Assembly (NCBI GenBank): GCA_963664825.1
Contig: OY761614.1
Span: 2,048,001 to 2,112,000, forward strand
Direction: 5' to 3'
Source: an uncultured Holophaga sp.
GTDB taxonomy: Bacteria > Acidobacteriota > Holophagae > Holophagales > Holophagaceae
DNA: 64,000 bases
The first letter of the stretch is position 1; each line of letters opens with the position of its first letter. The notes beneath the pieces are model-generated. The model saw only the letters and a program-made list of their open reading frames with translations. It ran no database searches and was not told the DNA's origin. The translations under genes and the position numbers were made by a program. Positions 17,853-27,960 of this stretch are shown here, in pieces.

Positions 17853-18171
17853 GGGCACCTCGCTGGAACGGGCCCTGGACGGGGTCCTTGAGTAGGGAGA
17901 ATGAAAAAAAACAACGCAGGGCCCTGGGGCCCTCCATTCACGGATTCAGGATCGGGATCGCCTTTGGGGGCGGAGCCTTGGGGCGGAAGACAGATCAGGA
18001 TATCAAGTTCTGAGGCATCCCGGCGACCCCTGGGCGGGGCTTCTCGGGAGAGGCTATCTTCTTGCCTCGGGTGGGTACGGAGCATAGACTTCAGAAACGC
18101 CGGCGTGGTGGGAAGATCCCATATGGATGGGGCTTTTGTTCAGCCGCCCGGACTCTACAGAGAGGGCTCAG

Positions 18172-20019
18172 ATGGGCGCAAGCTTCAAGGCTCCGGATTA
18201 TGTGAAGAACTCAAAGGCCGTGGCCTGGATCCAGGAGGTGGTCGAGCTCTGCCAGCCCGATGCGATCCACTGGTGTGACGGCAGCCAGGAGGAATACGAT
18301 CGCCTCTGCGCCCAGATGGTGGCCTCCGGCACCTTCAAGAAGCTCAATCCCGCCAAGCGGCCCGGTAGCTACTTGGCCCTTTCCGATCCCACCGATGTGG
18401 CTCGCGTGGAGGACCGCACCTTCATCTGCTCCCGCCGCAAGGAGGACGCCGGTCCCACCAATAACTGGATGGAACCCCGCCAGATGAAGGAGAAGCTCAC
18501 GGGCCTCTTCCGGGGGGCCATGAAGGGCCGCACCCTCTACGTCATTCCCTTCAGCATGGGGCCGCTGGGAAGCCCCATCGCCCACATCGGCATCGAGATC
18601 TCCGATAGCCCATACGTGGCCGCGAACATGCGCATCATGACCCGCATGGGCCGCAAGGTCTGGGACGTGATGGGCGAGGGCGCCTTCGTGCCCTGCCTGC
18701 ACTCCGTGGGGATGCCCCTGGCCGATGGCCAGAAGGATGTGCCCTGGCCCTGCAACAAGGTGGACAAGTACATCGTCCACTTCCCCGAGGACCGGGCCAT
18801 CTGGAGTTTCGGATCGGGTTACGGCGGCAACGCGCTTCTAGGGAAGAAGTGCTTCGCCCTGCGCATCGCCAGCGCCATGGCCCGGGACGAGGGCTGGCTG
18901 GCCGAGCACATGCTCATCCTCGGCCTGGAGGATCCCAAGGGCGAGAAGACCTACGTGGCGGCGGCCTTCCCCTCCGCCTGCGGCAAGACCAACTTCGCCA
19001 TGATGGAAGTGCCCGAGCACTTCAAGGGCTACAAGGTGACCACCATCGGCGATGACATTGCCTGGATCAAGCCCAACGCCGACGGGAAATTCCACGCCAT
19101 CAATCCCGAGGCTGGCTTCTTCGGCGTGGCGCCGGGCACCTCCATGAAGTCCAATGCCAACGCCATGCTCTCGGCCCGGGCCAACACCATCTTCACCAAC
19201 GTGGCCCTCACCACGGATGGCGATATCTGGTGGGAAGGCATGACCGACGAGGTTCCGGAAGGGCTCACGGATTGGCAGGGCCAGCCCTTTGATAAGACCA
19301 GCGGCAAGCCCGCGGCGCACCCCAACGCGCGCTTCACGGCTCCTGCCTTCCAGTGCCCCAGCATCGATCCCGCCTGGGAGGATCCCGCGGGCGTGCCCAT
19401 CTCGGCCTTCATCTTCGGTGGCCGCCGGGCCACGACGGTGCCCCTGGTGATGCAGGCCTACAACTGGAGCTTCGGCGTCTACCTGGCCGCCACCATCGGT
19501 TCCGAGATGACTGCCGCCGCCGCGGGAACCCTGGGCGTGGTGCGACGCGATCCCATGGCCATGCTGCCCTTCTGCGGCTACCACATGGGGGAATACTTCA
19601 ACCACTGGCTCCAGATGGGCCGCCAGATCGCCGATCCTCCGCGCATCTTCTGCGTGAACTGGTTCCGCAAGGGTAGTGACGGCAAGTTCCTGTGGCCGGG
19701 CTATTCCGAGAACTTCCGCGTGCTCAAGTGGATCGTGGACCGGGTCCACGGCCATGCCTACGCCCGGGAACGGGAGCTGGGATACGTGCCCCGCTCCGAG
19801 GACCTGGATCTCGAAGGTCTGGAAGGCTTCACGCCCGAACAATCCGAGGCCGTGCGCCGCATCGACCGGACCGAGTGGCGCCGCGAGTTGCTGCTGCACG
19901 AGGAACTCTTCGAGAAGCTCTACGACAAGCTCCCCAAGGAGTTCCAGCATATGCGCCAGCTCCTCCTGTCGAACCTCTGGCGGAGCCCTGAGGACACGGG
20001 GCTGGCCCCGGAGCGGTAG
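18172..20019 (+). CDS. pckG: Phosphoenolpyruvate carboxykinase (GTP)
   Basis: [44 protein letters not shown] and HPNARF motifs. Confidence 0.97.
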   Translation: MGASFKAPDYVKNSKAVAWIQEVVELCQPDAIHWCDGSQEEYDRLCAQMVASGTFKKLNPAKRPGSYLALSDPTDVARVEDRTFICSRRKEDAGPTNNWMEPRQMKEKLTGLFRGAMKGRTLYVIPFSMGPLGSPIAHIGIEISDSPYVAANMRIMTRMGRKVWDVMGEGAFVPCLHSVGMPLADGQKDVPWPCNKVDKYIVHFPEDRAIWSFGSGYGGNALLGKKCFALRIASAMARDEGWLAEHMLILGLEDPKGEKTYVAAAFPSACGKTNFAMMEVPEHFKGYKVTTIGDDIAWIKPNADGKFHAINPEAGFFGVAPGTSMKSNANAMLSARANTIFTNVALTTDGDIWWEGMTDEVPEGLTDWQGQPFDKTSGKPAAHPNARFTAPAFQCPSIDPAWEDPAGVPISAFIFGGRRATTVPLVMQAYNWSFGVYLAATIGSEMTAAAAGTLGVVRRDPMAMLPFCGYHMGEYFNHWLQMGRQIADPPRIFCVNWFRKGSDGKFLWPGYSENFRVLKWIVDRVHGHAYARERELGYVPRSEDLDLEGLEGFTPEQSEAVRRIDRTEWRRELLLHEELFEKLYDKLPKEFQHMRQLLLSNLWRSPEDTGLAPER

Positions 20020-20026
20020 ATCCATT

Positions 20027-20080
20027 CTTTGCCGCGCGGAGTCCTGCGGGATTTCGCGCGGCAAGGGCTTTATTCTTTTT
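20027..20080 (+). terminator. Rho-independent terminator after pckG
   Basis: ttgccgcgcggagtcc-tgcg-ggatttcgcgcggcaa stem followed by a T-rich tract. Confidence 0.65.
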
Positions 20081-20096
20081 GACGAGGGAACCCCTC

Positions 20097-20417
20097 TCAG
20101 AACGTGAGCAGCTTGTCGGCCCACTCCACCATCTCCAGGCAGTCCGCCATGGTGGATCTGGGGCAGGCCTCTGATGAGTCCTGATCCCTGGATTTCAGGC
20201 AGGTGCCGCAAGCCAGGACGAGGCCCCCCGCGAAGGCGAAGGCCTCGAACTGAGCCTTGGCGCTGTAGGGCTCGGCGTCGAGGGTGGGGGCCTCCACGCC
20301 GGCGCTCATGAGAAAGACCTTCACCGCGTGGCCCTTCTTCAGGGCCGCGTTGGCCAAGCGCATGGCATTCCAGGCCTTCTCCGGCTCGTTTGTCTCGATC
20401 AGGATGCCCAGTTTCAT
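20097..20417 (-). CDS. DsrE/DsrF-like family protein
   Basis: E.AWNA.RLAN, VFLM..GVE, ACGTCLKSR and STM.D....V..ADK motifs. Confidence 0.85.
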   Translation of the reverse strand: MKLGILIETNEPEKAWNAMRLANAALKKGHAVKVFLMSAGVEAPTLDAEPYSAKAQFEAFAFAGGLVLACGTCLKSRDQDSSEACPRSTMADCLEMVEWADKLLTF

Positions 20418-20715
20418 GACGCCGACTCCGATGAAGTGGAAGGCCCCCCGGTAGGTCTGATACAGGATGCGGCTCCGGCTTCGGATGTCCAGACCTAAGC
20501 CTTCGGGGCCTCCAGGATTCGATCCTCCAGAGGGGCAGCGGCCCGGTGAAGGGCGGGAGGGCCTCTGTTGATGCGGGTCTCCGGAATGGATTGCAGCGGG
20601 CTGTCCTGGGACCTATAGTTTTCCAAACCCGTAAATACGCTCTCCTCTTGGAATAACCGCCTGGTCTCAATTGGCCTGATTCACTCGGGCCGAGGGCAGA
20701 CTTGAAGGAGCTCTC

Positions 20716-23241
20716 ATGGTTGTGCCCGCGCCCTCCTCGCTCCACCTGGATCTGCTGGCCCCCCTTTCGGGGCTCATGGTGCCCCTGGCTGAGGTGCCTG
20801 ACCCGGTTTTCGCCCGCAAATTGGTGGGCGATGGCGTCTCCATCGATCCCACCTCCTGGGAGCTCCTGGCGCCACTTGCGGGCACGGTGACTCAGTTGCA
20901 TAGCGCCCACCATGCCATCGCCATCACTTCTCCCGAGGGTGTGGAGGTGCTGCTGCACCTGGGCCTGGATACGGTGATGCTCAAGGGGGAAGGCTTCACA
21001 CCCAAGGTCCGCCTGGGCGACCGGGTGGAAGCCGGCCAGCTCCTCATCACCTTCGATCCCGTTCGGGTGGGGCGCCAGGCCAGGAGCCTGCTCACCCAGA
21101 TGGTGCTGCCCGGAGGCAGACAGATTCTGTCCATGGAGGCTGCTACCGGCCTGGTGGTGGCTGGGCGAGACAGGGTCTTGAGGCTGGAACTCAAGAGTAC
21201 CGGCCCGGAGGCGACTCCCCAGAGCGGTGAAACGGTGACTTCAGGGCCCGTAGTGGTGCGCAATCGCTCCGGCCTTCACGCCCGGCCCGCGGCGATCTTG
21301 GTGGCCGCCGCCAAGCACTTTAGCGCCACGATCCATCTGGTGCGGGGTGGCGAGGAAGTGAACGCCAAGTCCGTGGTGGCCATTCTCGCCTTTGAGGTCA
21401 AGGAGGGGGACACCCTGCAGGTGAAGTCCACGGGCCCAGATGCCCGGGAGGCTTCCAGTGCCCTGGCGGCCCTGCTGGCCGAAGGTCGGGATGAGGCCCC
21501 AGGATCGGTGGTCGTGGCGCCTTCGGTGCCAAGTCCCAAGGCCCTTGCCCTGGGCGTGGGCGAACTGGGAGGGATGGCTGCGGCCCCTGGTTTGGCGGTG
21601 GGCCACGTGTTCCAGTACCGGCCCGAAATTTTGGCCGTGGTGGAGCTTGGCCAGGGTCCGGCCCAGGAAGGGGCCCACCTGGAGGCCGCCCTGGGCGAGG
21701 CCGGCTCCCAGCTCGAGGCCATCAAGGCCCGGATGCAGGCCACCGCCGATCTGAGCCTAGTGGGCATCCTGACGGCCCACCAGGAACTCCTGGCCGATCC
21801 CGAGCTCCTGGAACAGGCCCGGGCCTTGATTTCCCAGGGCAAGAGTGCGGCCTTCGCCTGGAAGGAAGCCTTCAATGGGGGAGCGGCGAGGCTGAGTGCG
21901 TTGAATTCGCCCCTGCTGCGGGAGCGGGCCAATGATCTCCGGGATGTGGGGCGCCGGGTTCTGGCCCTGCTCACGGGTTCCACCCAGGCCGGGCCAGAGA
22001 TGCCCGCGGACGCGATCCTCATCACCGAGGAGCTGCGCCCTTCGGAGGCGGCCCAGCTGGACCCCGCCCAGGTGCGGGGCCTCTGCACCACCAAGGGCGG
22101 CCCCACAGGCCACGTGGCCATTCTGGCCCGGTCCCTGGGGATCCCGGCCATCTGCGGCATCGATGAAGCGGCCCTCAGCCTGCCCGGGCAGACCCTGGTG
22201 GTGCTGGATGGCAACCGGGGGATCCTGAACCGCCAACCCAGCGAATCCGAATTGGGCCAGGCCCGCCAGCAGATCGAATTGCAACTCGTACAGCGGACCC
22301 GGGACAGGTCGGCGGCCCAAAAGCCCGCGGTGACTTTGGACGGTTTTTGCATCGAAGTGGCCGCCAATATCCGCAATGCCAAGGAAGCTCAGGAAGCCAT
22401 CGCCGCTGGAGGAGACGGCGTGGGGCTGCTGAGGAGTGAGCTGCTCTTCCTGGATCGCTCCGATCCTCCCACCGAGGAGGAACAGGCCGAGGCCTACAGC
22501 GCCGTGGCCAGGATCCTTGGCCGGGACCGCAAGCTGGTGATCCGCACCCTGGATGTGGGGGGAGACAAGCCCCTGGCCTACCTGCCCCTGCCCCAGGAGG
22601 CCAACCCCTTCCTAGGCATGCGGGGGATCCGGGTGAGTCTGGACCAGCCCGAGCTCTTCCGCACCCAGTTGAGGGCCGTCCTGCAGGCCGCGCCCCTGGG
22701 GGATCTGCATCTCATGTTCCCCATGATCGCCACCCTGGAAGAGCTGCGTGCCGCCAAGGGGATCCTGGCCGAAGAGGCCAAAACCCTGAATCGCAGGATC
22801 AAGGTGGGCGTGATGATCGAAGTGCCCTCGGCGGTGCTGATCGGGGACGCCCTGGCTCAGGAAACGGATTTCTTCTCCATCGGCAGCAACGATCTCACCC
22901 AGTACTGCCTGGCCATGGACCGGGGCCACCCCAAGCTGGCTCCACAGGCCGATGGGCTTCATCCCAGTGTGCTCAAGTTGATCGGTCTCACCGTGGAGAG
23001 CGCCCACCGGCACGGCAAGTGGGTGGGCATCTGCGGCGGACTGGCCTCGGAGAGTATCGCCCTCCCGGCGCTGCTGGGTCTGGGCCTCGACGAACTCTCC
23101 GTGAGCGTGCCCGCCATCGGCGCGGTCAAAGCCCGGATCTCCCGATTGAAGAAGGCCGAATGCGAAATCCTGGCCCGGGAGCTCCTGAGCCTGGGCACGG
23201 CCGCGGAAGTGCGGGAGCGCCTCACTGCCTTTGCCGAATAA
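20716..23241 (+). CDS. ptsP: Multidomain PTS phosphoryl-transfer protein (EIIA-Glc / HPr / Enzyme I fusion)
   Basis: EIIA motifs VPDPVFA and LLHLGLDT, HPr motif GLHARPAA, and EI motifs GPTGHVAILAR, RTLDVGGDK and SIGSNDLTQY. Confidence 0.93.
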   Translation: MVVPAPSSLHLDLLAPLSGLMVPLAEVPDPVFARKLVGDGVSIDPTSWELLAPLAGTVTQLHSAHHAIAITSPEGVEVLLHLGLDTVMLKGEGFTPKVRLGDRVEAGQLLITFDPVRVGRQARSLLTQMVLPGGRQILSMEAATGLVVAGRDRVLRLELKSTGPEATPQSGETVTSGPVVVRNRSGLHARPAAILVAAAKHFSATIHLVRGGEEVNAKSVVAILAFEVKEGDTLQVKSTGPDAREASSALAALLAEGRDEAPGSVVVAPSVPSPKALALGVGELGGMAAAPGLAVGHVFQYRPEILAVVELGQGPAQEGAHLEAALGEAGSQLEAIKARMQATADLSLVGILTAHQELLADPELLEQARALISQGKSAAFAWKEAFNGGAARLSALNSPLLRERANDLRDVGRRVLALLTGSTQAGPEMPADAILITEELRPSEAAQLDPAQVRGLCTTKGGPTGHVAILARSLGIPAICGIDEAALSLPGQTLVVLDGNRGILNRQPSESELGQARQQIELQLVQRTRDRSAAQKPAVTLDGFCIEVAANIRNAKEAQEAIAAGGDGVGLLRSELLFLDRSDPPTEEEQAEAYSAVARILGRDRKLVIRTLDVGGDKPLAYLPLPQEANPFLGMRGIRVSLDQPELFRTQLRAVLQAAPLGDLHLMFPMIATLEELRAAKGILAEEAKTLNRRIKVGVMIEVPSAVLIGDALAQETDFFSIGSNDLTQYCLAMDRGHPKLAPQADGLHPSVLKLIGLTVESAHRHGKWVGICGGLASESIALPALLGLGLDELSVSVPAIGAVKARISRLKKAECEILARELLSLGTAAEVRERLTAFAE

Positions 23242-23274
23242 ATACGATTCGAATACCTGCGCTGGAGTCGGGCC

Positions 23275-25077
23275 ATGTCCACGTCTTTCCTGAGCGTCCT
23301 CAAGAATCTGAACCTGTTCGGTGCCCTTCAGAAGATCGGCAAGGCCCTGATGCTGCCGGTGGCCGTGCTGCCCGTGGCGGGGCTCCTGCTGGGCATCGGC
23401 GCGGCTCACTTCGGCATCATCCCCGCCCAGGTCTCGAACATCATGAAGGCCTCCGGGGACGTGATCTTCGGCAATCTGCCCCTGATATTTGCCATCGGCG
23501 TGGCGTTGGGGTTTACCGATAACGACGGCGTCGCAGGCATCGCGGCCACCGTGGGTTTCCTGGTGATGAACGCCACCCTGGGCGTGATGGCGGGCATTTT
23601 CAAGGTGGCGCCGTCTTTGGTGATGGGCATTCCCTCCATGGAGACCGGCGTCTTCGGAGGCATCCTGGCCGGGGGCCTCGCGGCCTTCATGTTCAACCGC
23701 TACTACCGGATCGCCCTGCCCACCTACCTCGGGTTCTTCTCGGGCAAGCGCTTCGTGCCCATCATCACCGCCGTGGGCGCCATTGTCCTGGGGGTGGTCC
23801 TTTCGGTGCTGTGGCCGCCGGTGCAGGCGGGCATCAACCACTTCTCCCACTGGGCCGCGGTCGCCAGTCCCCGTTCTGCGGCCACGCTCTATGGATTCGT
23901 GGAGCGGCTCCTGCTGCCCTTTGGCCTTCACCACATCTGGAACGTGCCCTTCTTCTTCGAGAGCGGGTCCTTCCATGAGGCCTCGGGTCGGGTCGTGAGC
24001 GGCGACATCAACCGCTTCTTCGCCGGGGATCGCACGGCGGGCATCCTGGCCGGGGCTTTCCTGTTCAAGATGTTCGGCCTGCCAGGCGCAGCCCTTGCCA
24101 TCTGGCAGAGCGCCAAGCCCGAGAACCGCGTGCGGGTGGGTGGCATCATGATTTCGGCGGCGCTCACGTCCTTCCTCACGGGCATCACCGAACCCATCGA
24201 GTTCTCCTTCATGTTCGTGGCCCCGGTCCTCTACCTCGTCCATGCGCTGCTGGCGGCCTCCACCCAGTTCCTGGCAAACACTCTGGGCATGCACATGGGC
24301 TTCACCTTCTCCCAGGGCGGCATCGATTTCGTGATGTTCAATGTCCTGGGTCCAAATGCCCAGAGATGGTGGCTGGTGCTGGTGCTGGGACCGGCCTATG
24401 GCGCGCTCTACTACGGCCTCTTCCGGTGGTCGATTCCGTTCTTCAACCTCAAGACGCCGGGGCGGGAAGATATCGACTCGGCGGCGGCCTATGCCACGAG
24501 TGGCGATCAGCGGGCCCGGGAACTGGTGCTGGCCTTCGGGGGGCGCAGCAATATCACGGCCTTGGATGCCTGCATCACCCGGCTCCGGGTCTCCGTGCGG
24601 GAGCCCGGGCGGGTGGACCGGGCCAGGCTCAAGGCCATGGGGGCTGCCGAAGTGCTCCAGGTGGGCAATAGCCAACAGGCGATCTTCGGACCGGCTTCCG
24701 AGAACCTCAAGACCGATATGCAGATCTATCTGAAGGCCGCCGGGGCCGAGGCCGAGGGCCCGGTGGGCAATGCCCCTCCAACGCCCCACCCCATGCCCGA
24801 CTTGCCTCCTCAAGTGGCTCCCATTCCTGAATCCATGGGGCGGCGGATCGAAAGCCTTCGGGCGGCCCTGGGTGGAGCGGGCAACATCAAAGCCCTGGAA
24901 GCCGTTGCCCTCACACGTCTGCGTGTGAGCCTTGCAGACCCGGGGCTGATGGACGCCAAGGCTCTGGAGTCCGCCGGAGTGAAGGCGGTCATGATTCTGC
25001 CCGGGCAGCAGCGGGATCTCATCGTCGGCCTGGAGGCCGAGCAACTGGCAGGAGGGCTGGCCCCTGGGGAAAACTGA
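23275..25077 (+). CDS. ptsG: Glucose-family PTS permease EIICB with a second C-terminal EIIB-like domain
   Basis: [42 protein letters not shown] and DACITRLR motifs. Confidence 0.9.
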   Translation: MSTSFLSVLKNLNLFGALQKIGKALMLPVAVLPVAGLLLGIGAAHFGIIPAQVSNIMKASGDVIFGNLPLIFAIGVALGFTDNDGVAGIAATVGFLVMNATLGVMAGIFKVAPSLVMGIPSMETGVFGGILAGGLAAFMFNRYYRIALPTYLGFFSGKRFVPIITAVGAIVLGVVLSVLWPPVQAGINHFSHWAAVASPRSAATLYGFVERLLLPFGLHHIWNVPFFFESGSFHEASGRVVSGDINRFFAGDRTAGILAGAFLFKMFGLPGAALAIWQSAKPENRVRVGGIMISAALTSFLTGITEPIEFSFMFVAPVLYLVHALLAASTQFLANTLGMHMGFTFSQGGIDFVMFNVLGPNAQRWWLVLVLGPAYGALYYGLFRWSIPFFNLKTPGREDIDSAAAYATSGDQRARELVLAFGGRSNITALDACITRLRVSVREPGRVDRARLKAMGAAEVLQVGNSQQAIFGPASENLKTDMQIYLKAAGAEAEGPVGNAPPTPHPMPDLPPQVAPIPESMGRRIESLRAALGGAGNIKALEAVALTRLRVSLADPGLMDAKALESAGVKAVMILPGQQRDLIVGLEAEQLAGGLAPGEN

Positions 25078-25177
25078 AGCCCACGTCGAGGCAGGGGAAA
25101 GCGACGTTTCGAATGCGAGGGGGGGGCATGGGGCCCCTCGGATCGCACCTGTCCTATCCTAGAAATAGGTGGCCGCC

Positions 25178-27751
25178 ATGTCCCTGCTTCCCCTTACCCA
25201 GAAAGCCAACGATGCCCTGGTGGGCGCCCGCAACCGGGCGATGGAGGGCCAGCATCCGGAGCTGCTGCCCCAGCACCTCTTCGCGGCGCTCCTGACGCCG
25301 GAGATGGGGCTGCGCCCCGTGCTGGAACGTTCGGGCCTGGCGACGGAATCCGTCTCGGCCCTGCTGGACGGCGCCGAGGCCCTGCTGGCCAAATTGCCCA
25401 AGGCCCTTGGGGGCGCGGAGCCTCAGCCGGGACCGGCCTTCCGCAATCTCCTGGAACTGGCCAGCGATACGGGGCGGGGTCTGGGTGATCGCTACATCGC
25501 CACCGACGCCATGCTGCTGGCCTTTGCCAACGCGCATACGGACGTGAAGAAGCTGCTGGCCTCCTTCGGTCTGGACCGCAGACGGCTGGAAACGGCCATT
25601 CGGGAGAGCCGCAAGGGCGCGCGCGTGGAGGACGAGAGGGCTGAGGAGAAGTTCGCCAGCCTGGAAAAGTTTGCGAAGGATTTCACCACCCTGGCCGAAA
25701 GCGGCAGGCTCGATCCCGTTATCGGGCGGGATGAGGAGATCCGCCGGGTGCTGCAGGTGCTCTCCCGGCGCACCAAGAACAACCCCGTCCTCATCGGCGA
25801 ACCCGGTGTGGGCAAGACCGCCATCGTCGAAGGGCTGGCCCAGCGCATCGTGAAGGGCGACGTGCCCGAGGGGCTGAAGGGCGTGCGCCTCATGGGCCTG
25901 GATATGGGTTCCCTGGTGGCGGGCACCCAGTATCGGGGCCAGTTCGAGGAGCGTCTCAAGGGCGTGCTCCAGGAGATCGAAGCCAGCGACGGCAAGATCA
26001 TCCTCTTCATCGACGAGCTGCATCTGTTGGTGGGCGCGGGCCAGACCGAAGGCAGCATGGACGCCGCCAATCTATTGAAGCCCGCCCTGGCCCGGGGCGA
26101 TCTGCGCTGCATCGGCGCGACGACCCTGAACGAGTACCGCATGCACGTGGAGAAGGACGCGGCCCTGGAGCGGCGCTTCCAGCCGGTCCTGGTGGCTGAG
26201 CCCAGCCTGGAGGATTCCGTTTCCATCCTGCGGGGCCTGAAGGAACGCTACGAACTGCACCACGGGGTGCGCATCCGGGACGCCGCCCTGGTAGAGGCGG
26301 TGAATCTCTCCCAGCGCTACATCGCCGATCGCTTCCTGCCGGACAAGGCCGTCGATCTCATGGATGAGGCGGCCTCCGGCGTGAGAATGCAAATCGATTC
26401 CAGGCCCATCGAGATCGATGTGCGGGAGCGTCGCGAGATGCAGCTCCAGCTGGAGCGCCATGCCCTCACCAAGGAGAAGGATGCCGCCAGCAAGGCGCGC
26501 CTCGTGGAGCTGGAAAAGGAATGGGGCGAACTCCACGAGGAGTTGAGCCGCCTGCGCGCCACCTGGGAGCTGGAGAAGAAGGGGATCGAGGCCACCCGCG
26601 CCCAGCAGAAGCGCCTGGACGATCTGCGCATCGAGCTGGAGCAGGCCAAGGGGAAGGGCGAGTACGAAAGGGCGAGCCGCCTGGAATACGGCGAGATCCC
26701 TGTCCTGGAAAAGCAGATCGAGGCGGCCTCCCACCGGGAGGGCGCCATGCTGCGCCTGGAAGTGGGCGAGGAGGATGTGGCCCAGGTGGTGAGCAAGTGG
26801 ACGGGCATCCCCTTGGCCCGGCTCATGGAGGGGGAAGTCCAGAAGCTGCTCGCCATGGAGGCGCGCCTGGGGCAGCGGGTGGTGGGCCAGGAGCCCGCCC
26901 TGCGGGCCATCAGCGAGGCCCTGCGCCGCAACCGGGCGGGCCTCTCGGATGCCAAGCGCCCCATCGGTTCCTTCCTGTTCCTGGGTCCCACGGGGGTGGG
27001 CAAGACGGAAGTGGCCCGGGCCCTGGCGGAATTCCTCTTCGATTCGGAAACCGCCATGGTCCGCCTGGACATGAGCGAATACACCCACGAGGCGGATGCC
27101 ACGCGGCTCACGGGGGCTTCTCCCGGCTACATCGGCTACGAGGAGGGGGGCCGCCTGACGGAGGCCGTGCGGCGGCGCCCCTATTCGGTGCTCCTGCTGG
27201 ACGAGATGGAAAAGGCCCATCCGCACATCTTCGATCTCTTCCTCCAGGTGCTGGAGGATGGCCGCCTCACGGATGGCCACGGCCGCACGGTGAATTTCCG
27301 CAACACGATCATCATCATGACGAGCAACGTGGGCTCCGACGCCATCTTCGAGGCCGGGGGCGAGGTGGCCAAGGCCCAGGAGGCCGTCAATCTCGCGCTG
27401 CGGGCCCACTTCAGGCCCGAGTTCCTCAATCGCGTGGACGAGGTGGTGAGCTTCCGGACCCTGGACCAGGCCGATATGAAGGCCGTGGCCAAGATTCAGC
27501 TGGGGCGCCTGGAATCTCAATTATTAGAGAAACGCATCGGCCTCCAGGTGGGCGATGAGGCCCTGGAGTGGTTGGCGAGGGAAGGCTTCGATCCCCAGCT
27601 GGGTGCGCGCCCCCTCAAGCGGCTCATCCAGCAGGTGGTGGTGAATCCCCTGTCGAGACAGCTGCTGGAGGGCCGGCTCAAGTCCGGCGAACTGGCCGTC
27701 CTGAGCGTGGTGGATGGGGAATTGCATGTGGAAGGGGAGGCCTTACAGTAG
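25178..27751 (+). CDS. clpB: ATP-dependent disaggregase ClpB
   Basis: Clp N-domain, two AAA+ modules (GEPGVGKT and GPTGVGKT), a coiled-coil M-domain, and GARPLKR. Confidence 0.93.
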   Translation: MSLLPLTQKANDALVGARNRAMEGQHPELLPQHLFAALLTPEMGLRPVLERSGLATESVSALLDGAEALLAKLPKALGGAEPQPGPAFRNLLELASDTGRGLGDRYIATDAMLLAFANAHTDVKKLLASFGLDRRRLETAIRESRKGARVEDERAEEKFASLEKFAKDFTTLAESGRLDPVIGRDEEIRRVLQVLSRRTKNNPVLIGEPGVGKTAIVEGLAQRIVKGDVPEGLKGVRLMGLDMGSLVAGTQYRGQFEERLKGVLQEIEASDGKIILFIDELHLLVGAGQTEGSMDAANLLKPALARGDLRCIGATTLNEYRMHVEKDAALERRFQPVLVAEPSLEDSVSILRGLKERYELHHGVRIRDAALVEAVNLSQRYIADRFLPDKAVDLMDEAASGVRMQIDSRPIEIDVRERREMQLQLERHALTKEKDAASKARLVELEKEWGELHEELSRLRATWELEKKGIEATRAQQKRLDDLRIELEQAKGKGEYERASRLEYGEIPVLEKQIEAASHREGAMLRLEVGEEDVAQVVSKWTGIPLARLMEGEVQKLLAMEARLGQRVVGQEPALRAISEALRRNRAGLSDAKRPIGSFLFLGPTGVGKTEVARALAEFLFDSETAMVRLDMSEYTHEADATRLTGASPGYIGYEEGGRLTEAVRRRPYSVLLLDEMEKAHPHIFDLFLQVLEDGRLTDGHGRTVNFRNTIIIMTSNVGSDAIFEAGGEVAKAQEAVNLALRAHFRPEFLNRVDEVVSFRTLDQADMKAVAKIQLGRLESQLLEKRIGLQVGDEALEWLAREGFDPQLGARPLKRLIQQVVVNPLSRQLLEGRLKSGELAVLSVVDGELHVEGEALQ

Positions 27752-27788
27752 GCCGCAACCCCTCGCCATGCTCGTCGGCGGGGCAGTC

Positions 27789-27845
27789 AAAAATTTATCT
27801 CAACAGGTAAAAATTTCTTGATCCAGCCCTGAACTCCTATATGAT
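27789..27845 (+). promoter_or_regulatory. Candidate sigma70 promoter with an adjacent AT-rich palindrome upstream of xdh
   Basis: TTGATC (27818) - 16 nt - TATGAT (27840), preceded by AAAAATTTATC-N6-GGTAAAAATTT. Confidence 0.45.
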
Positions 27846-27960
27846 TTTATCTGTGCATTTTTAAATAATTTGCACGTTTTTTGTCTATGAAGCTTTACAT
27901 GTCTGGTCTCGGTATCATCTGCCCCTCCAAACGTGCGACCAGGGTGAAGGGAGACAGACT

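Noticed and set aside
17900..17935. Attenuator or riboswitch terminator upstream of the aminotransferase (minus-strand agggccc/gggccct followed by a T-tract)
   Set aside because: The stem is weak and separated from the T-run, and there is no recognisable aptamer or leader peptide.
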